A stretch of 57,095 bases of DNA, filler included, from Bipalium vagum (Eukaryota), in NCBI GenBank assembly GCA_037834085.1. It is 3 parts of 3 records of this genome, joined end to end, with 100 filler letters (N's around TTAATTAATTAA, not from the genome) between each part and the next. Parts side by side here need not be neighbours in the genome. Positions count along the whole stretch, not along the records: positions 16,734 to 40,510 come from JBBMKC010206709.1; 2 more parts are not named here. One strand, given 5' to 3'. The notes beneath the pieces are model-generated. The model did not search any database and was not told the DNA's origin. It was given only the letters and a program-made list of their open reading frames with translations. A program made the position numbers and the translations under genes. Positions 27,101 through 39,096 of the stretch are shown in pieces (the stretch's first letter is position 1; each line of letters opens with the position of its first letter).

Positions 27101-30100
27101 TATTTACTGAAGAATTTCCTCTGTGTAACGCTAATATTAACAATTTTTAAGAAGCTTACATGAAAAATGAATTTTATAACTTTAACAAAGTAAAAAATAC
27201 AGATTTATTTATGACTAAAAATAATAACACTTTGTAAATAAATAAATACTGATGGAACATGTGTAATATTCGATTGTGGTGTGAAATAGAAAAAGCACTA
27301 AATGTCAAAAAAGGTCAAATTGGATATCCACCTTATTCACCTTATCTCACGCAATTAAATCATTTGTGAAAATGTCGAAAATAATGGCCATATCCAAAAA
27401 TGTGTACAAACCGCCGACAAAACAGATGGTCAAATCAATATAGTTCTTCTGCCAGTTGCCTGGTTCGTTTTTTATATTTTTAAGGATTTTTTTTCAAAAA
27501 TAATTTATAATTAGCATTTTATATTTTTGTTTATATAAATGTACAATGAAACTAGTAGAAGAATTTTAGTCTTCATATACTCTTAACTTCTATGAAGGTT
27601 GTATAAAGGTGTTAATTTGTCTGTCATAGACAAAAATATTTAAAAAATTTGAACGTTTTAAATATCTAATACAAAAAATATATATTTTTATGATATTAGG
27701 TTATTAATTTAGAAATGTGCGTTTTAAAAACTAGATTGGGACCCATTTGCCACATTTTTTGACAATTAAATTGGCAATTTCCACTTGACTGCAGTTGAAT
27801 CTCTCATCAATTTCTTGAGCAGTTTGTCGAGGATGTCTATCCATGACTTTTTAATTCATTATAATCTACCGTTTGAGAATTTCGTCGATACTGATCATCT
27901 TTCAGATGTACATAACCTTGTCTAAATCATCGAAACCATCTTCTGCATTGGGTATTACTAATAGCAATATCACCAAACACATTGAATATCGTTCAGTATG
28001 ATTCTGTACCAGTCCTTGAAAAATTCCTTGTTTGAAATCACACCACATAGAAATACAATTTTTATTTTTGGTCATCCAAATTTCCACCTGAAAATGAACG
28101 AAATGAAAGATAATATTAATAAAATATTATAAATGTGACAAATATACACAAATTTAAAACGCGTGTTTTTTGGTGGTTTATGCAATATTGAATGTTATTC
28201 ATTAAAATTAAATTTGTAGCTTAAAAGGTCAATAAATCTGGAAGATCATATTTTATGGAGATAAGAAAATATTATTATAATATAAAAATATATTTAGACA
28301 AAAATAATTTTTTTAAAAAAACATTTAATTTAATTTTGCATTTTATTTCTTTGTTAATTATCAAAATGATTATTTAATACTTAATCAAAAAAATAATATT
28401 ACGTTCATATTTGGAAAACTGAATACAACGATCAATATTGCAGTCCATTCTACACCTTGACTAACAGAATATCCAGCCCCTCGAGATTCTTGTCGGAATA
28501 TCTCTGCCACAATCAAAGCAGGAACCGGACCCAAACCAAAAGCATATCCACCAATATAAAGCATTATTACAAAGGTAGAAATTCCTCCAACTACTTTTTT
28601 GTTGTTTTCCGTTAAAAGACCCGGTGCATTGACCATGTTGACAGTAATGGTGAGACTCAATAAACAAATTGCCAATAAAACAGATGGCCAAAGTAAGAGA
28701 GTTCTTCGACCATATTTTTCCAATAATGGTAAGGCGATAAGTGTGCAGAAAACATTGAAAATTCCAATTAGTATAACACAATATTGGTTATATGCTGCTG
28801 GGATATCTGCCGTTTCTAACATTGAACTGGAGTAAGAAATGACCTAAACGTTATCATTATCAGTGGAATGATATTTAATAATGTCTTACAGCATTTATTC
28901 CGGAAAGTTGTTGCATAACTTGAATGAGACAAGCGATTATTAAAGGCATTCTCAAATCTTTATGGGTAAATAATTGACAAAATCTGAATTTTTGTTCTGT
29001 TTTTGATATCTCAACCTCTTCTTTAAGTTCTTTTATGAATTCATCAGCATCTTCCACTTTATGAAGTCTGATAAATTCTCTTTTTGCCAGATCTTCATTA
29101 GGCTGTGTCAAAAAAATATATCTTGGACTTTCCGGACACAAAGGTAAAAGAAAAAGTGATATAATGGCTGGAATTGCTGCACAGGCACAGGCAACAGGCC
29201 ACAAAGTTTCTGTATTAAGAGTATGGGTCATAGTCAGAATATAACTAAACACAATTCCCAAAGTAACAGCAAGTTGATGACAAGCTCCAATTGCACCACG
29301 ATATGCCATCGGGGCTATTTCAATGAGATAAATGGTTGCCAACGGCACAGTGAGACCAGAATTGATGCCGATGAAGAATCTTCCTACAAATAACAAAGCA
29401 GCTACTTTTGTTTTAACAGTCAGCCCATTAATGATGGCTCCAATTATGACAAATATGTGATTGAAAATCAAACCATTTTTCCTAGGCAATTTAGGTTTAT
29501 AAGTTACTTTTATTGAAATATACTTTATTACCTTCCAATTAAGTCAGCGATCCATCCACTCGAAAAGGCTCCAATAATTCCGGCTATAACATAAACCGTA
29601 TTTGTTTGGGCATAGAAAAAATCGGCATCAAGCTTTCCTTGTTGGATGTTGTTGATTAAGGACGAATTAAACGTTGGACTCGATGTATTATAAGCATCTT
29701 TACATGGTACATTCAGAATTGTTTCATTCAAGAAACATTTTATATTCTTTAATATTAATAAAGATAAATTTTAATATAACTCTTATAATATTTTCTAAGG
29801 AATAGAAGGCAGAAACTTGTGAGTCACCACATTATAATAACTGAATATTAAATTTTTTTGGAAAAAATTACAATAATTAATTAATTCATAATTAATAATA
29901 ACTTAAACTACTAAGGTATTTGTGTGAAATATTATTAATATTATTTATTTATTTATCATTATTAGCATTATTACTATTATTATTTATAATTATTTACTAT
30001 TATTATTATTATTTATTATTATTATTTATAATTATTATTTATTATTATTATTTATAATTATTATTATTTAATATTATTATTCAATATTATTATTTAATAT

Positions 30101-30695
30101 TATTATTTAATATTANNNNNNNNNNNNNNNNNNNNNNNNNNNNNNNNNNNNNNNNNNNNNNNNNNNNNNNNNNNNNNNNNNNNNNNNNNNNNNNNNNNNN
30201 NNNNNNNNNNNNNNNNNNNNNNNNNNNNNNNNNNNNNNNNNNNNNNNNCCGAGAAAATAAAAATTGTTTCTCTTATGAATAATTGTTTTATACTTCTATA
30301 TCATCTATTAAAAGCTTTTTTCGAAGAAATTTAACTTTGTTTTTTTATAAAAATAAAAAATCTCATTTTATTATGACACCAGGATGTAAAAATAATAACA
30401 ATAAATTATTAATTGATTATAATAAGTACAATAATTAATTATTATTATTAAAAGTTAATATATTTTTAAAATGTTTACATCTTCAATAAAATATTAACTA
30501 ACCTCTACTGGGAGATTTAGCACAGCCATGTTATATCCATATTGCATTGAAGAACCAAAACATGTTAAAATCACAGTTATAACAAGTGTTTTAGAAAATT
30601 TCTTAATAAAATTATTTTGGAATCATTATTACTATCATTTAATGTTTATTAATGCTTACCTTTTGGCTTTTATTCTGAGAACCTCCGTTTGTCAT
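24115..30695 (-). CDS. GLUT/SLC2-family facilitated glucose transporter (flatworm SGTP-like), complete 6-exon gene, 533 aa
   Basis: Exons 30660-30695, 30503-30601, 29532-29746, 28890-29481, 28403-28843 and 24115-24333 all have GT-AG boundaries and consistent phases (1602 nt). Motifs: GSSMQYGYN, GRK, PESPRY, QQLSGINA, GRRTL, GLGPVP, PETK. Confidence 0.95.
25112..25562 (+). mobile_element. Mariner 5' fragment in the last GLUT intron (a C-terminal remnant resumes at about 27290-27370)
   Basis: MSDEKLYIRCCIRYEFDQGK...DVTDRPRSGAP HTH region. A GYPPYSPYL remnant lies after the nested DD41D element. Confidence 0.75.
25620..27066 (-). mobile_element. Full-length, mildly decayed DD41D/rosa-type Tc1/mariner element
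   Basis: 28-bp TIRs C(C/G)GGGTGTTCAAGTTAAAAGTTCATAAA with TA on both sides. ORFs 26574-26861, 26230-26511 (WSDECSF) and 25810-26208 (QQDGAAPH...WPAQSPYLTPLDFWLW), with 42 residues between the last two Asp. Confidence 0.93.
27400..27453 (-). pseudogene. Short pseudo-exon fragment of a GLUT paralogue
   Basis: Translates as GRRTILI*PSVLSAVCT, against GRRTLLLWPSVLLAICL in exon 5 (about 28670-28712). Nucleotide similarity is clear. Confidence 0.65.
27725..28090 (-). mobile_element. Mariner N-terminal fragment
   Basis: CDFKQG HTH-like start and a KWVP motif near 27740-27750. Confidence 0.65.
29930..30115. repeat. Degenerate (ATT)n low-complexity tract running into a 133-N gap (30116-30248) in GLUT intron 2
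   Basis: Directly visible. Confidence 0.9.
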
Positions 30696-31465
30696 TTTAT
30701 AATTTTCAATTTTGAAAATATATAATTTAAATGAGCCAGGTTGGGGAATAATATAAGTATGAAATATTGACCAATGAAATTGATTATAAAAACGTGTTCT
30801 ATCTTTTCATTGTAGTAGAGTCAATAAGGTGGCTCAAAATATACTTCAGTTTATGCCTGTTTTTTCAAAGAGAACTGAGTACTATTAAAACTTAACACGT
30901 AAATTAAAAATATTTTGACTTACTTTTATTTATGATAATATTTTGTAAATATTTATTGATTGTTCAATAAGTTGAGTAGTAGTGGTATTAGTAGAAATTC
31001 CATTTCTCTATCTCAATTTTCATTTTCATAAGAACATTATACACTTGATAATTTCTATTATTATCAAAATAAAAAATAAAATTGTTTTAATTAACTGAAC
31101 AAAAGCTTTTGAAAAATGACAACAATAAATAAAATTTTAACATATTTCTTTTAACAATTACACCTGTTCAAAGGCAATTTTTTGTCTATTTCTTCTTATT
31201 CCCATGTAAGAATATTTTCATTTCAATAAAAGAAATAAAAGTCAGATATCATTTTTTGACGATTTTTTGGATACTTATTGATTATAAAAATCTATATAGT
31301 TTTCCTTTCGAAGATTTAAGTTTTACAAAGATGATTATTTCTAACAAAATAGATTTCTGTATTATTATTAATATTAATATTAATATTATATTAATATTTA
31401 TTATATTTAGTATTATAATAATATTTTTATAATTTCATTGATTATTATACTGTTATAAAAATATT

Positions 31466-32561
31466 GGATCATGTTTTTTTTGACTGAAATGACTATCAAG
31501 TCTTTTTTTTGACCGGTCTGTTTCATCAAGTCTCTATTTTGACCGATCTCAATTTTTTCATGTTAATATTAAAGAAATAAATATTAAATCAATAAGCAGC
31601 ATGGTGATGGGTGTTCCATTTGATGAAATTATGTTTTAAGAAAGAACAGTCTGTTATTCGTATTAGGTAATTTATAATAATATTAATATTAATATAATAA
31701 ATAAATCCATTAAAAAAGCAACACTTTATTAAAAAAAACACTTCTTGACTATCTTCGTTGGAATATTTGATATTTCCACTTCATTTAAGTTTATCTTGGA
31801 CATCATTGCGTATTTTTCTTTTCCTTAGTAATCCTATTTCTGTTATTTCTTTTCCTCTTATTCTTATTTTTTGGTTATTCTTAATATCATCATTTTTATT
31901 AATTTTATTTAGTGATGACTGACCCGTATTATTTGAATCTTGATTATTTAAAGTTAAATGAGGTTGTTTCTGATGTTGAGGTTACTAAATTCTTTTGTCT
32001 CGGCTTGGAGACAAAAATACCAATTAGAGGCTATTGATGGAAATAGCTGTCTCGAAGCGTAGAGATTGGTGATCTTAGAACAATCTCTGCGACTTTATAA
32101 AGAACAGCTATTTCTGTCAATTTGCCCAAAAACGCTAGGACACGAGCACACAAGCACACGTTACTACGTCTAAGTATAATAGTAACAAAATTATGTTCAT
32201 CAAACTGTCAACCACAACATAAATTTTGTTGACATGGAGACTGGTGCTCACATGCGAAGATTTGAATCTATTTGGGGGAAACTGACGATTAAGATCGTGT
32301 TAATGAAGGGCGTCTATAATGATCTCTTTGAATTATATCTAAATGAATGAATGTGGCGCCAAAATATTCAATCAAGGAATTGCGAATCATTTATTTAAAA
32401 TAAATTTGTAAATGGAAAATTATTTGTTTTCGTTACTTTTTGTGATTCGTCTCACGTTTCTTTTTTGACCGACCAATCGTATCAAGTCTCTTTTTTGACC
32501 GTCTTTTTCGATCGTATTAAGTCCATTTTTTTGTTCGAGTAGGTCAAAAAAAACATTATCT
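31466..32561 (+). mobile_element. Merlin (ISXO2/IS1595-like) DNA transposon, degenerate
   Basis: TIRs GGATCATGTTTTTTTTGAC / GTCAAAAAAAACATTATCT. The flanking 8-mers AAAATATT and ATAATATT match at 7 of 8 positions (TSD). Sub-terminal ~30-bp repeats (ATCAAGTCTCTTTTTTGACC). 32201-32285 translates as QTVNHNINFVDMETGAHMRRFESIWGKL, the Merlin/ISXO2 motif. Confidence 0.85.
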
Positions 32562-32575
32562 ATAATATTAAGCAA

Positions 32576-32576
<1 letters not shown>

Positions 32577-32612
<36 letters not shown>
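32577..32612. repeat. (AAT)n microsatellite
   Basis: Directly visible. It accounts for the poly-Ile in spurious ORF 32420-32689. Confidence 0.9.
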
Positions 32613-32616
<4 letters not shown>

Positions 32617-32699
32617 TAATAATATCAGGGTGAATAATAAGACATTTCGGTTTTGTAATATATAATTTTAAAAATATAAGACAAAGCACACACTATCTT

Positions 32700-33470
32700 A
32701 ATCCATAAAATAATCACCATTCATATAAATGATGTTTCGCCATCTTACAGTCAAAGCACGAATCCCTTTGTTTAAAAATCCAGGTTCCTGTGATTCAAAG
32801 TAAGTCTTGACCCAAATTTCAATGTCATTTATATTTAAATTTTTTTCCAACCAAATAGTGCTGTATGGGCCTGAACGAGTGGTAGTTTGTTGACGCCAGA
32901 TCAGGGGTGTATGGCGGATGAAGAAGAACCTCCCAACCTAATTCCTCTAATTTCAGTTGTGTCAATTTTGCTACATGATGTCGAGAATTATCGTGTAAAA
33001 ATTTATTCTTTACGGTGTTTACTCCGTGTCGACGAAGAGCCTGATCTACACAACTTACTTCTTGGCAATAATGTTTTAAAGTTATCGTTTCTCCTCGAAT
33101 GAGCAACTCAAAATACACTAGATCGTGTATATTACTAGACACAAAGAAATACGTTATTGACTTGATTTAGAGTTGGTATCGCCTAATCACATTTGCCCAA
33201 ACATTGGAAATTTTTATGTTAATTTTCGTATTGAATCTGATGTTAAAATTGAATCAAAGACCGCAAGAGCAATGACAAACAGAGAATACGACTGGTTTTA
33301 TTGCTCTTTGAAAAATCACGGGAATTCTTTTTCCAAGCCTACCTGTTTTCCCAAGGCGATTCAGGTTTTTACAAATAGTCTTCTGAGAACAATCGAATTT
33401 ATAGGCAAGTTCTCGAATGGATTGTTGAGAATTTGACTCGATGCTTTCTTTCAACAATATGAGAAGCTAA
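32700..33470 (-). mobile_element. Mariner element fragment (same family as 10410-11420)
   Basis: ORF 32825-33142: FLHDNSRHHVAKLT...HPPYTPDLASTNYH. ORF 33254-33457 is HTH-like. Confidence 0.9.
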
Positions 33471-36120
33471 AAATATCTGAGTAACATATTGAAAATTCTA
33501 ATTTAATTTACAGTATACTGAGCTAAAAGATTTTAATGATTAAGTAAAAGTGTAAATAAAATTTTTTTAAAAAAAAATACACATTTTAAAGCTCAATATA
33601 TTCGAATTCAATGCAAAAATTTTTTATGAAAAATATTATAATTTCATTTGTTTTAATAACAAATTCACCAAAACAGAAAACGGTTTGAATTAATAAATTG
33701 TTGTGGAGTCTAATGAATTTTTTTTCGTATTTCAGGTGTTATTAGTATTCTTATTACTAAATGTAAAAATGTTGAGAGGAGACTAATTATAAAATATGAT
33801 TCATTATGATAAAAGATTATTAACAAATTCACCTTGCAATCCTACCAAATAGAGAACACCTTCAATGATTGTGTACATTGATTTATAATTGAGCCCATTA
33901 CCATTTACCCTTTCAAAGTCTTTTCTCATCATATATTGTAGTATGGGATATAGTTTTCATTACCAAATCTATCAATAAGTGATTACTTTAATTATGTGAA
34001 AGTAAAAATAGCGAAACATATTGAGAGTGCTTTTAAAAATACTTAAATAAACGCAGCTCCTTGAAACACTAAAAAATGGTTTCAAACTTCTGGCTGACTT
34101 AAGCCAAGTTGGTTCATCTGTATTAATAGTAGTTCCATAATAAATTACAACATCCCTATGACATCAACATCATGACAAATTCTTTATTGGATAAATTATA
34201 ATCCAATTAAATTTCATTATTAAAAATTTATTAATTGAATAATTAAAATTTAAGATTATTCAATTCAATTTTGAAGACAGTGAAATCATGTAAGTTTCAA
34301 ATTTTAAATTTTTTCAATTAAAATGAATTTAGTTTATTATTTAAATATTACAAAAATTATTTTCGTAATATTTAAAGTCTTCTAAAATATAAAATATTTA
34401 TATTTCACCTTAAAGTTGGAATATTTTCCGTAATAATGATAATAAAATAAAACTATTATTATTAGTAATAAAAATAATCTTAATAATGAAATCAGTCTTT
34501 CAAAGACCCCTATTATTACATAACATTTGGATGAACTTCATATTTCAATTTTTAAATTTATTTATCCTATGTTATTATTATTAATTTTTTTTATTATTAC
34601 TGTTATAATTAATAAATATAATTTTATGTCTCCTATCAAAGTTCTATTACTTTTTGAACAGATCATTTATCTGATTAAATAATAACATTTATGATAAAAA
34701 TACAGACATTAAAATGATTTCGCCGTGTACTCATTAAATCATTTAGGCAAAATATTAAGAATAATATTTATAGTTTTATCAAGGAATTTTTTACATTTAT
34801 TAATATCTTATATTAACGAAGATCACTTTTAACATGGTAATGTTCTGTAATAATCATATGGACAAATAACTCAAGCAATAAAAAATTCAATTTATTACTC
34901 CAAAGAAAGATTCTGGTTATCCTCAGAAAACAAAACTATATGGAAATTATGGGTGTTGGGTCCTTTAATCAATATTTTTACTCTCTTTCACAAATGACCT
35001 AAATATTGCTTATTCGTATTGATTAGGTTTGAAAAAAACAAAAAGCTTTTCTTTCTTTGTTCAACAACACTCTTTGCTTCTCAGGTCCTGGAGGTTCGTA
35101 CATGTTTTTCACAAAAGCCAATTAGAGCTTTCCTAGAACAAAAAGCTCTTAGGTTTTTTTTATCCCAAACAAATGTCGAAAGAAAATCTATGGGGCAGCT
35201 TATGGTGCTGTCAAAGAAATTTCTCAGACAGGATTATCACTTTAAAAAAGATATATTAATATTACTAATATTTATTAAAATAATATTATTATTACCAATG
35301 TAAAATTTTAATTATCATTTTATAATTAATTGATTTTTATTATTATCATAAGGGGTTAAAACCCAATACAGCATTATTTTAAAACTAATATTTTATATTT
35401 TAATTTAAAATTTTCTAGTTTAAATCAAAAAATTAAAATATTAAAAACTTTTTAATTAATAATTTTCAATTTTTTGATAGGTGAACTTTAAACTATTTAT
35501 TTTTTATCATTTAATAATGGATATTTTTTATCTCGTATTTTTACTTTTTTGTAACATTTATTTGTGAATTTTTAGAAGAAAATAAAATAATCTTTCCTGA
35601 AAAAATCATGTTCCAATATTCAATATTCACAATAATAAATAATAGTATAAATGGAAAATATCACATTTATATTTTATATATCATGATTTTTATTACATTT
35701 TTCATTCAATAGAAATGGTTATAAATAAGATAAAATGGGATTTTAATAAATTAAGTTAGAAAAAATACAGACCATTTTTTTTAAATTTGCATAATTTTTC
35801 TCAAAAAGAAATCTTTTCATTATCATAATAGTTTAGTCTGAAATGTCAGATTAAAACCCCCCGCAATTCTCCCAGTGACAAATTATGATTAGTAGTAAAG
35901 AAAATAGATAAATAGATTAGCTAATAAGCTAAAAGCGACTGATATTTTTTCAAAGGTAGAAATTTATCAGTATTTTAAAAATTATCGATTTTTTTGAAAA
36001 TTTGATAATTTTACACCATTGGTTTATTTAATAATAATAACGGGTCATTACAGGGTTATTCAATATTATAGTTGATTTTATTTTAAATGTCGAAAAACAA
36101 AAATATATGTACTATTTTTT

Positions 36121-36160
36121 AACATGTTTCGATCTCTTCTTTCAGATCTTCAGTCAATTT
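36121..36160 (-). ncRNA. Putative minimal hammerhead-ribozyme core at the PLE 3' end (degenerate or truncated)
   Basis: The minus strand reads CTGAAGATCTGAAAGAAGAGATCGAAACATGTT: CUGAnGA box, stem II (GATCT/AGATC), GAAA box and palindromic ACATGT stem III. The 3' strand of stem I is absent. Confidence 0.5.
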
Positions 36161-37015
36161 TATTCTTCTTCAATGTCTATCTACAAATGATATCACTATC
36201 ACGATTTTAAAAAGTTCATCTATATTATTATTGGACAAAAGTAAAAAAACCCTTCTAATTTTTAAAAATATCATTTTTTAATATTTTTAAAAATTTTTTT
36301 AAAAATTATTTAAAAAATAGTTTTTTTTATTTCAAATATTAGTTAAAGAAAACATTAATCATTCATTGATTACTGCTTTCTTCATTTTGTGAATTAATTT
36401 CTGGTTTCAGTTTTTTAATTACTAATGATTCGCATAATTTTCTTTCTTCATCGTTATCATAGTTGGTCATTACTATAGTAAACTCATTCTCATTGGCATA
36501 TTTATTTCCTTGTGTTTCTTTGCATTTAATAGTATGATCCAACACTTTCCTTGTTCTACTTTTTTGAGAATGCTCACTAATTCGTGTCTTTAGGTGACGT
36601 CGTGTCTCCCCCTGTCACCACATCCATGATATTAGAATTTGTAAACGATATTAGCTTGCATTGGTGTTGGAGTCACTGTTTTGATTTTTTAAAAATTCTT
36701 TGTTTTTGCAGTTAGAGATATTACTTTTAGGCCTTCTTCATTTATTGTCTGTAATATCTTACTTTTAAAAATCTTGAATCCCTCTGAATAGGGACTTTTA
36801 ATAATTTTCTTATATTCATTTTTCTTTTCTTTCTTCTTATTGCATTCTTGATTGTTCATAAAATTTATTTACGGTATCTTCTATCGTCTCATCAATTTTC
36901 CAATTTGGATACGCATTATTTTGTAATCTTCTCTTAAGCTCATTCAACTCTATATCAATTTGCTTATAATGTGATGTTAATGAGCAAAATCCGTGTATTA
37001 ATATATAGTATATAC
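36121..37015 (-). mobile_element. 5'-truncated Penelope-like retroelement (RT C-terminal linker plus GIY-YIG endonuclease remnant)
   Basis: ELNELKRRLQNNAYPNWKI (PLE L..NGYP motif), ANIVYKF, GETRRHLKTRISEH and ERKLCESLVIKKLKPEINSQ (GIY-YIG C-terminus). Confidence 0.85.
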
Positions 37016-38299
37016 AAAATTTACACAAAATTCCTTTTCTTTGAATCCATGACATTCGAGCCTATAGTCATTATTTGGATGGAAGTATTTATACATTCCA
37101 GAAGAGGCATATAAGTGGAATTTAGTCGTAATGCTTTTAATTTTGACATTGCCATGGAAAAAAAATTCCTCGATGGACTTAATTCTGGAGAATAGGGGAC
37201 TAAATTTTTCACGGTTACATTATTAGATCGTAAAGTGTTTAACACATCAGTAAATTTATGGAACCGTGCGGTATCCATTATTATTAGGACTGACGTTAAA
37301 ATATGGAATTATATCATTTTTAATAAATTCATTAAAGATATCCGCATCATATGCTACCTGTTTAATTTTGTATGACACAACTCCATTAATATTAATCATA
37401 CAGAATACACTATTGTTTATTTTTCTGTTTGCTAAGATAGTGCTATATAAACCTTGGAATTTTTAGAAGAGTTCTAAGTTCTACGGGTATGTTCATTAAA
37501 TTGTTCTTCATCTAAAGCACTAACTTTGAATCATAAATCAATCCTATTTCGGTTACTTAGATCGCACGAGCATTGATTTTTTTTCAGCTTTTCTTTCGAT
37601 TGGGACTTGGATAAGATGTTTTCTGGTAAGATTCATCTTTTTTAATTTCCTGAAAATTGTTGGTTGGGATAAATTGATTTTGTGTTGTGCTCGGTCAATG
37701 TCTTGCAGATCCTTTTGGAGATTGCTATTTTCGCACGAATTGAAAATAGATTGATCGACATCATTTAAAACTGCATTTTTAGTTGCTGTGTTGCTTGGGT
37801 TTAATCCGAGCAGAAATAAACTCCTTTTATTCCCCATTCAACTTTAAAATTCGGGATACAGTTTCTCTATGTAAATCCGCTAATAATCCAATCTTTTTGA
37901 TGGTGCTGGTTTCATCATTTCCAAAGCGAATTACCATATCATGTAATTCCTAAGTGATGGTTTTTCTGGGTTTTCGTGGCATTATTACTTTTTATATAAA
38001 ATATATTATTTAAACAACTCTTTGCATAGGCTAAAAATCAGATAATAGATATAACTTGTAATATTGAACTTTTAAAGTACAGATAATAAATTTTTTAATA
38101 AATACAATTATAAGATTAAATAAATAAAACTATAAGATAGAATACATGCAATTATAAGATTGAATAACCCTGTAAAAATTAACCTAATATCTTTATTTTT
38201 TATTTAAATAAACTGAATTAAAAAAAAACTATTTGTTTATCTAAAGAAATAACGCGAATTTTTAAATAAATGAAAATCTTGTTCATAAAAGACCGCGTA

Positions 38300-38620
38300 C
38301 TTCTTGTAAAGCCTGCATGGCACTGATCATATAACACGTTATTTTTGGTTGTGGAATGCTGTAAATGAGTATGTGTTTGCTAAACCTTTACCTACTTCTC
38401 TATTTGAAATAAAACAAGAAATCAAAGAGGCATTTAGAAATATTCAAATTGAAAATCTACCTGATGTAAATTTGAGTGTTATAAAGAGAATGACTTGTGC
38501 TGATGTTAACAGAGTAAATCTTCAGGATGCATTTTTAAATATCTTGTCAATAGCAATAAATTACTGATTTTTTATTTTGTTTAGTTACAAATAAAAAATA
38601 AGATGGTAGGTGACCCGATA
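38300..38620 (+). mobile_element. C-terminal remnant of a DD37D/DD41D-type transposase
   Basis: WLWNAVNEYVFAKPLPTSLFEIKQEIKEAF resembles the segment after the final catalytic Asp in these families. Confidence 0.55.
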
Positions 38621-39096
38621 TGATAATCATTTCTTTTTTTTCATAATTTTACCAGATTTTTGTCAGCTGTTTAGCTGAATCACACCAAGCAAATTTTCAT
38701 TCCGGAATGAAAGTTTTTCGATATAATGTTACCATGATTTACCATTGGGAAATAAAAATAGGGTTTTAGAGCACAATTTTTTCACTTTTAAAAAGTAACA
38801 TTTCCTTCAATTAGCGTGGAATTTGCTTATTTCATTTTGATGAATTTGGCATTTTGATACATTTTTACTATGTAAATAAGAAAATTTTCTTATAATAAAA
38901 TTAATATTCGTTATAGGTGTAAGGATAAAATTTTAATTAATATTAAATAATAAAAAATAATTTATAAATATTTTTAAAAATATTTAAAGTTTTCTTTTAT
39001 AACAAATAATTAAAATAATGTTAAAAAATTTTAAATAATTAATTTGTTTAAATTAATAACAATTCGACCACTCAATTATTTTCTTCAAATAAACAA

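Larger units (their letters stand above)
36051..38172 (-). mobile_element. Tc1/IS630-like (DD34E) element with both TIRs, carrying an internal Penelope-like insert
   Basis: TA|CAGGGTTATTCAATATTATAGTTG at 36051 and the reverse complement CAATTATAAGATTGAATAACCCTG|TA at 38172. Transposase remnants: LSQPTIFRKLKKMNLTRK, LDEEQFN, MDTARFHK...LVPYSPELSP. Confidence 0.85.

Noticed and set aside
31490-31560. Spaced ~30-bp direct repeats superficially like a CRISPR array
   Set aside because: Eukaryotic context, only 2-3 units, no real spacers and no cas genes. They are explained as Merlin sub-terminal repeats.
32420-32689. ORF with poly-Ile resembling a membrane protein
   Set aside because: Artefact of the (AAT)n microsatellite plus the Merlin terminal repeats.
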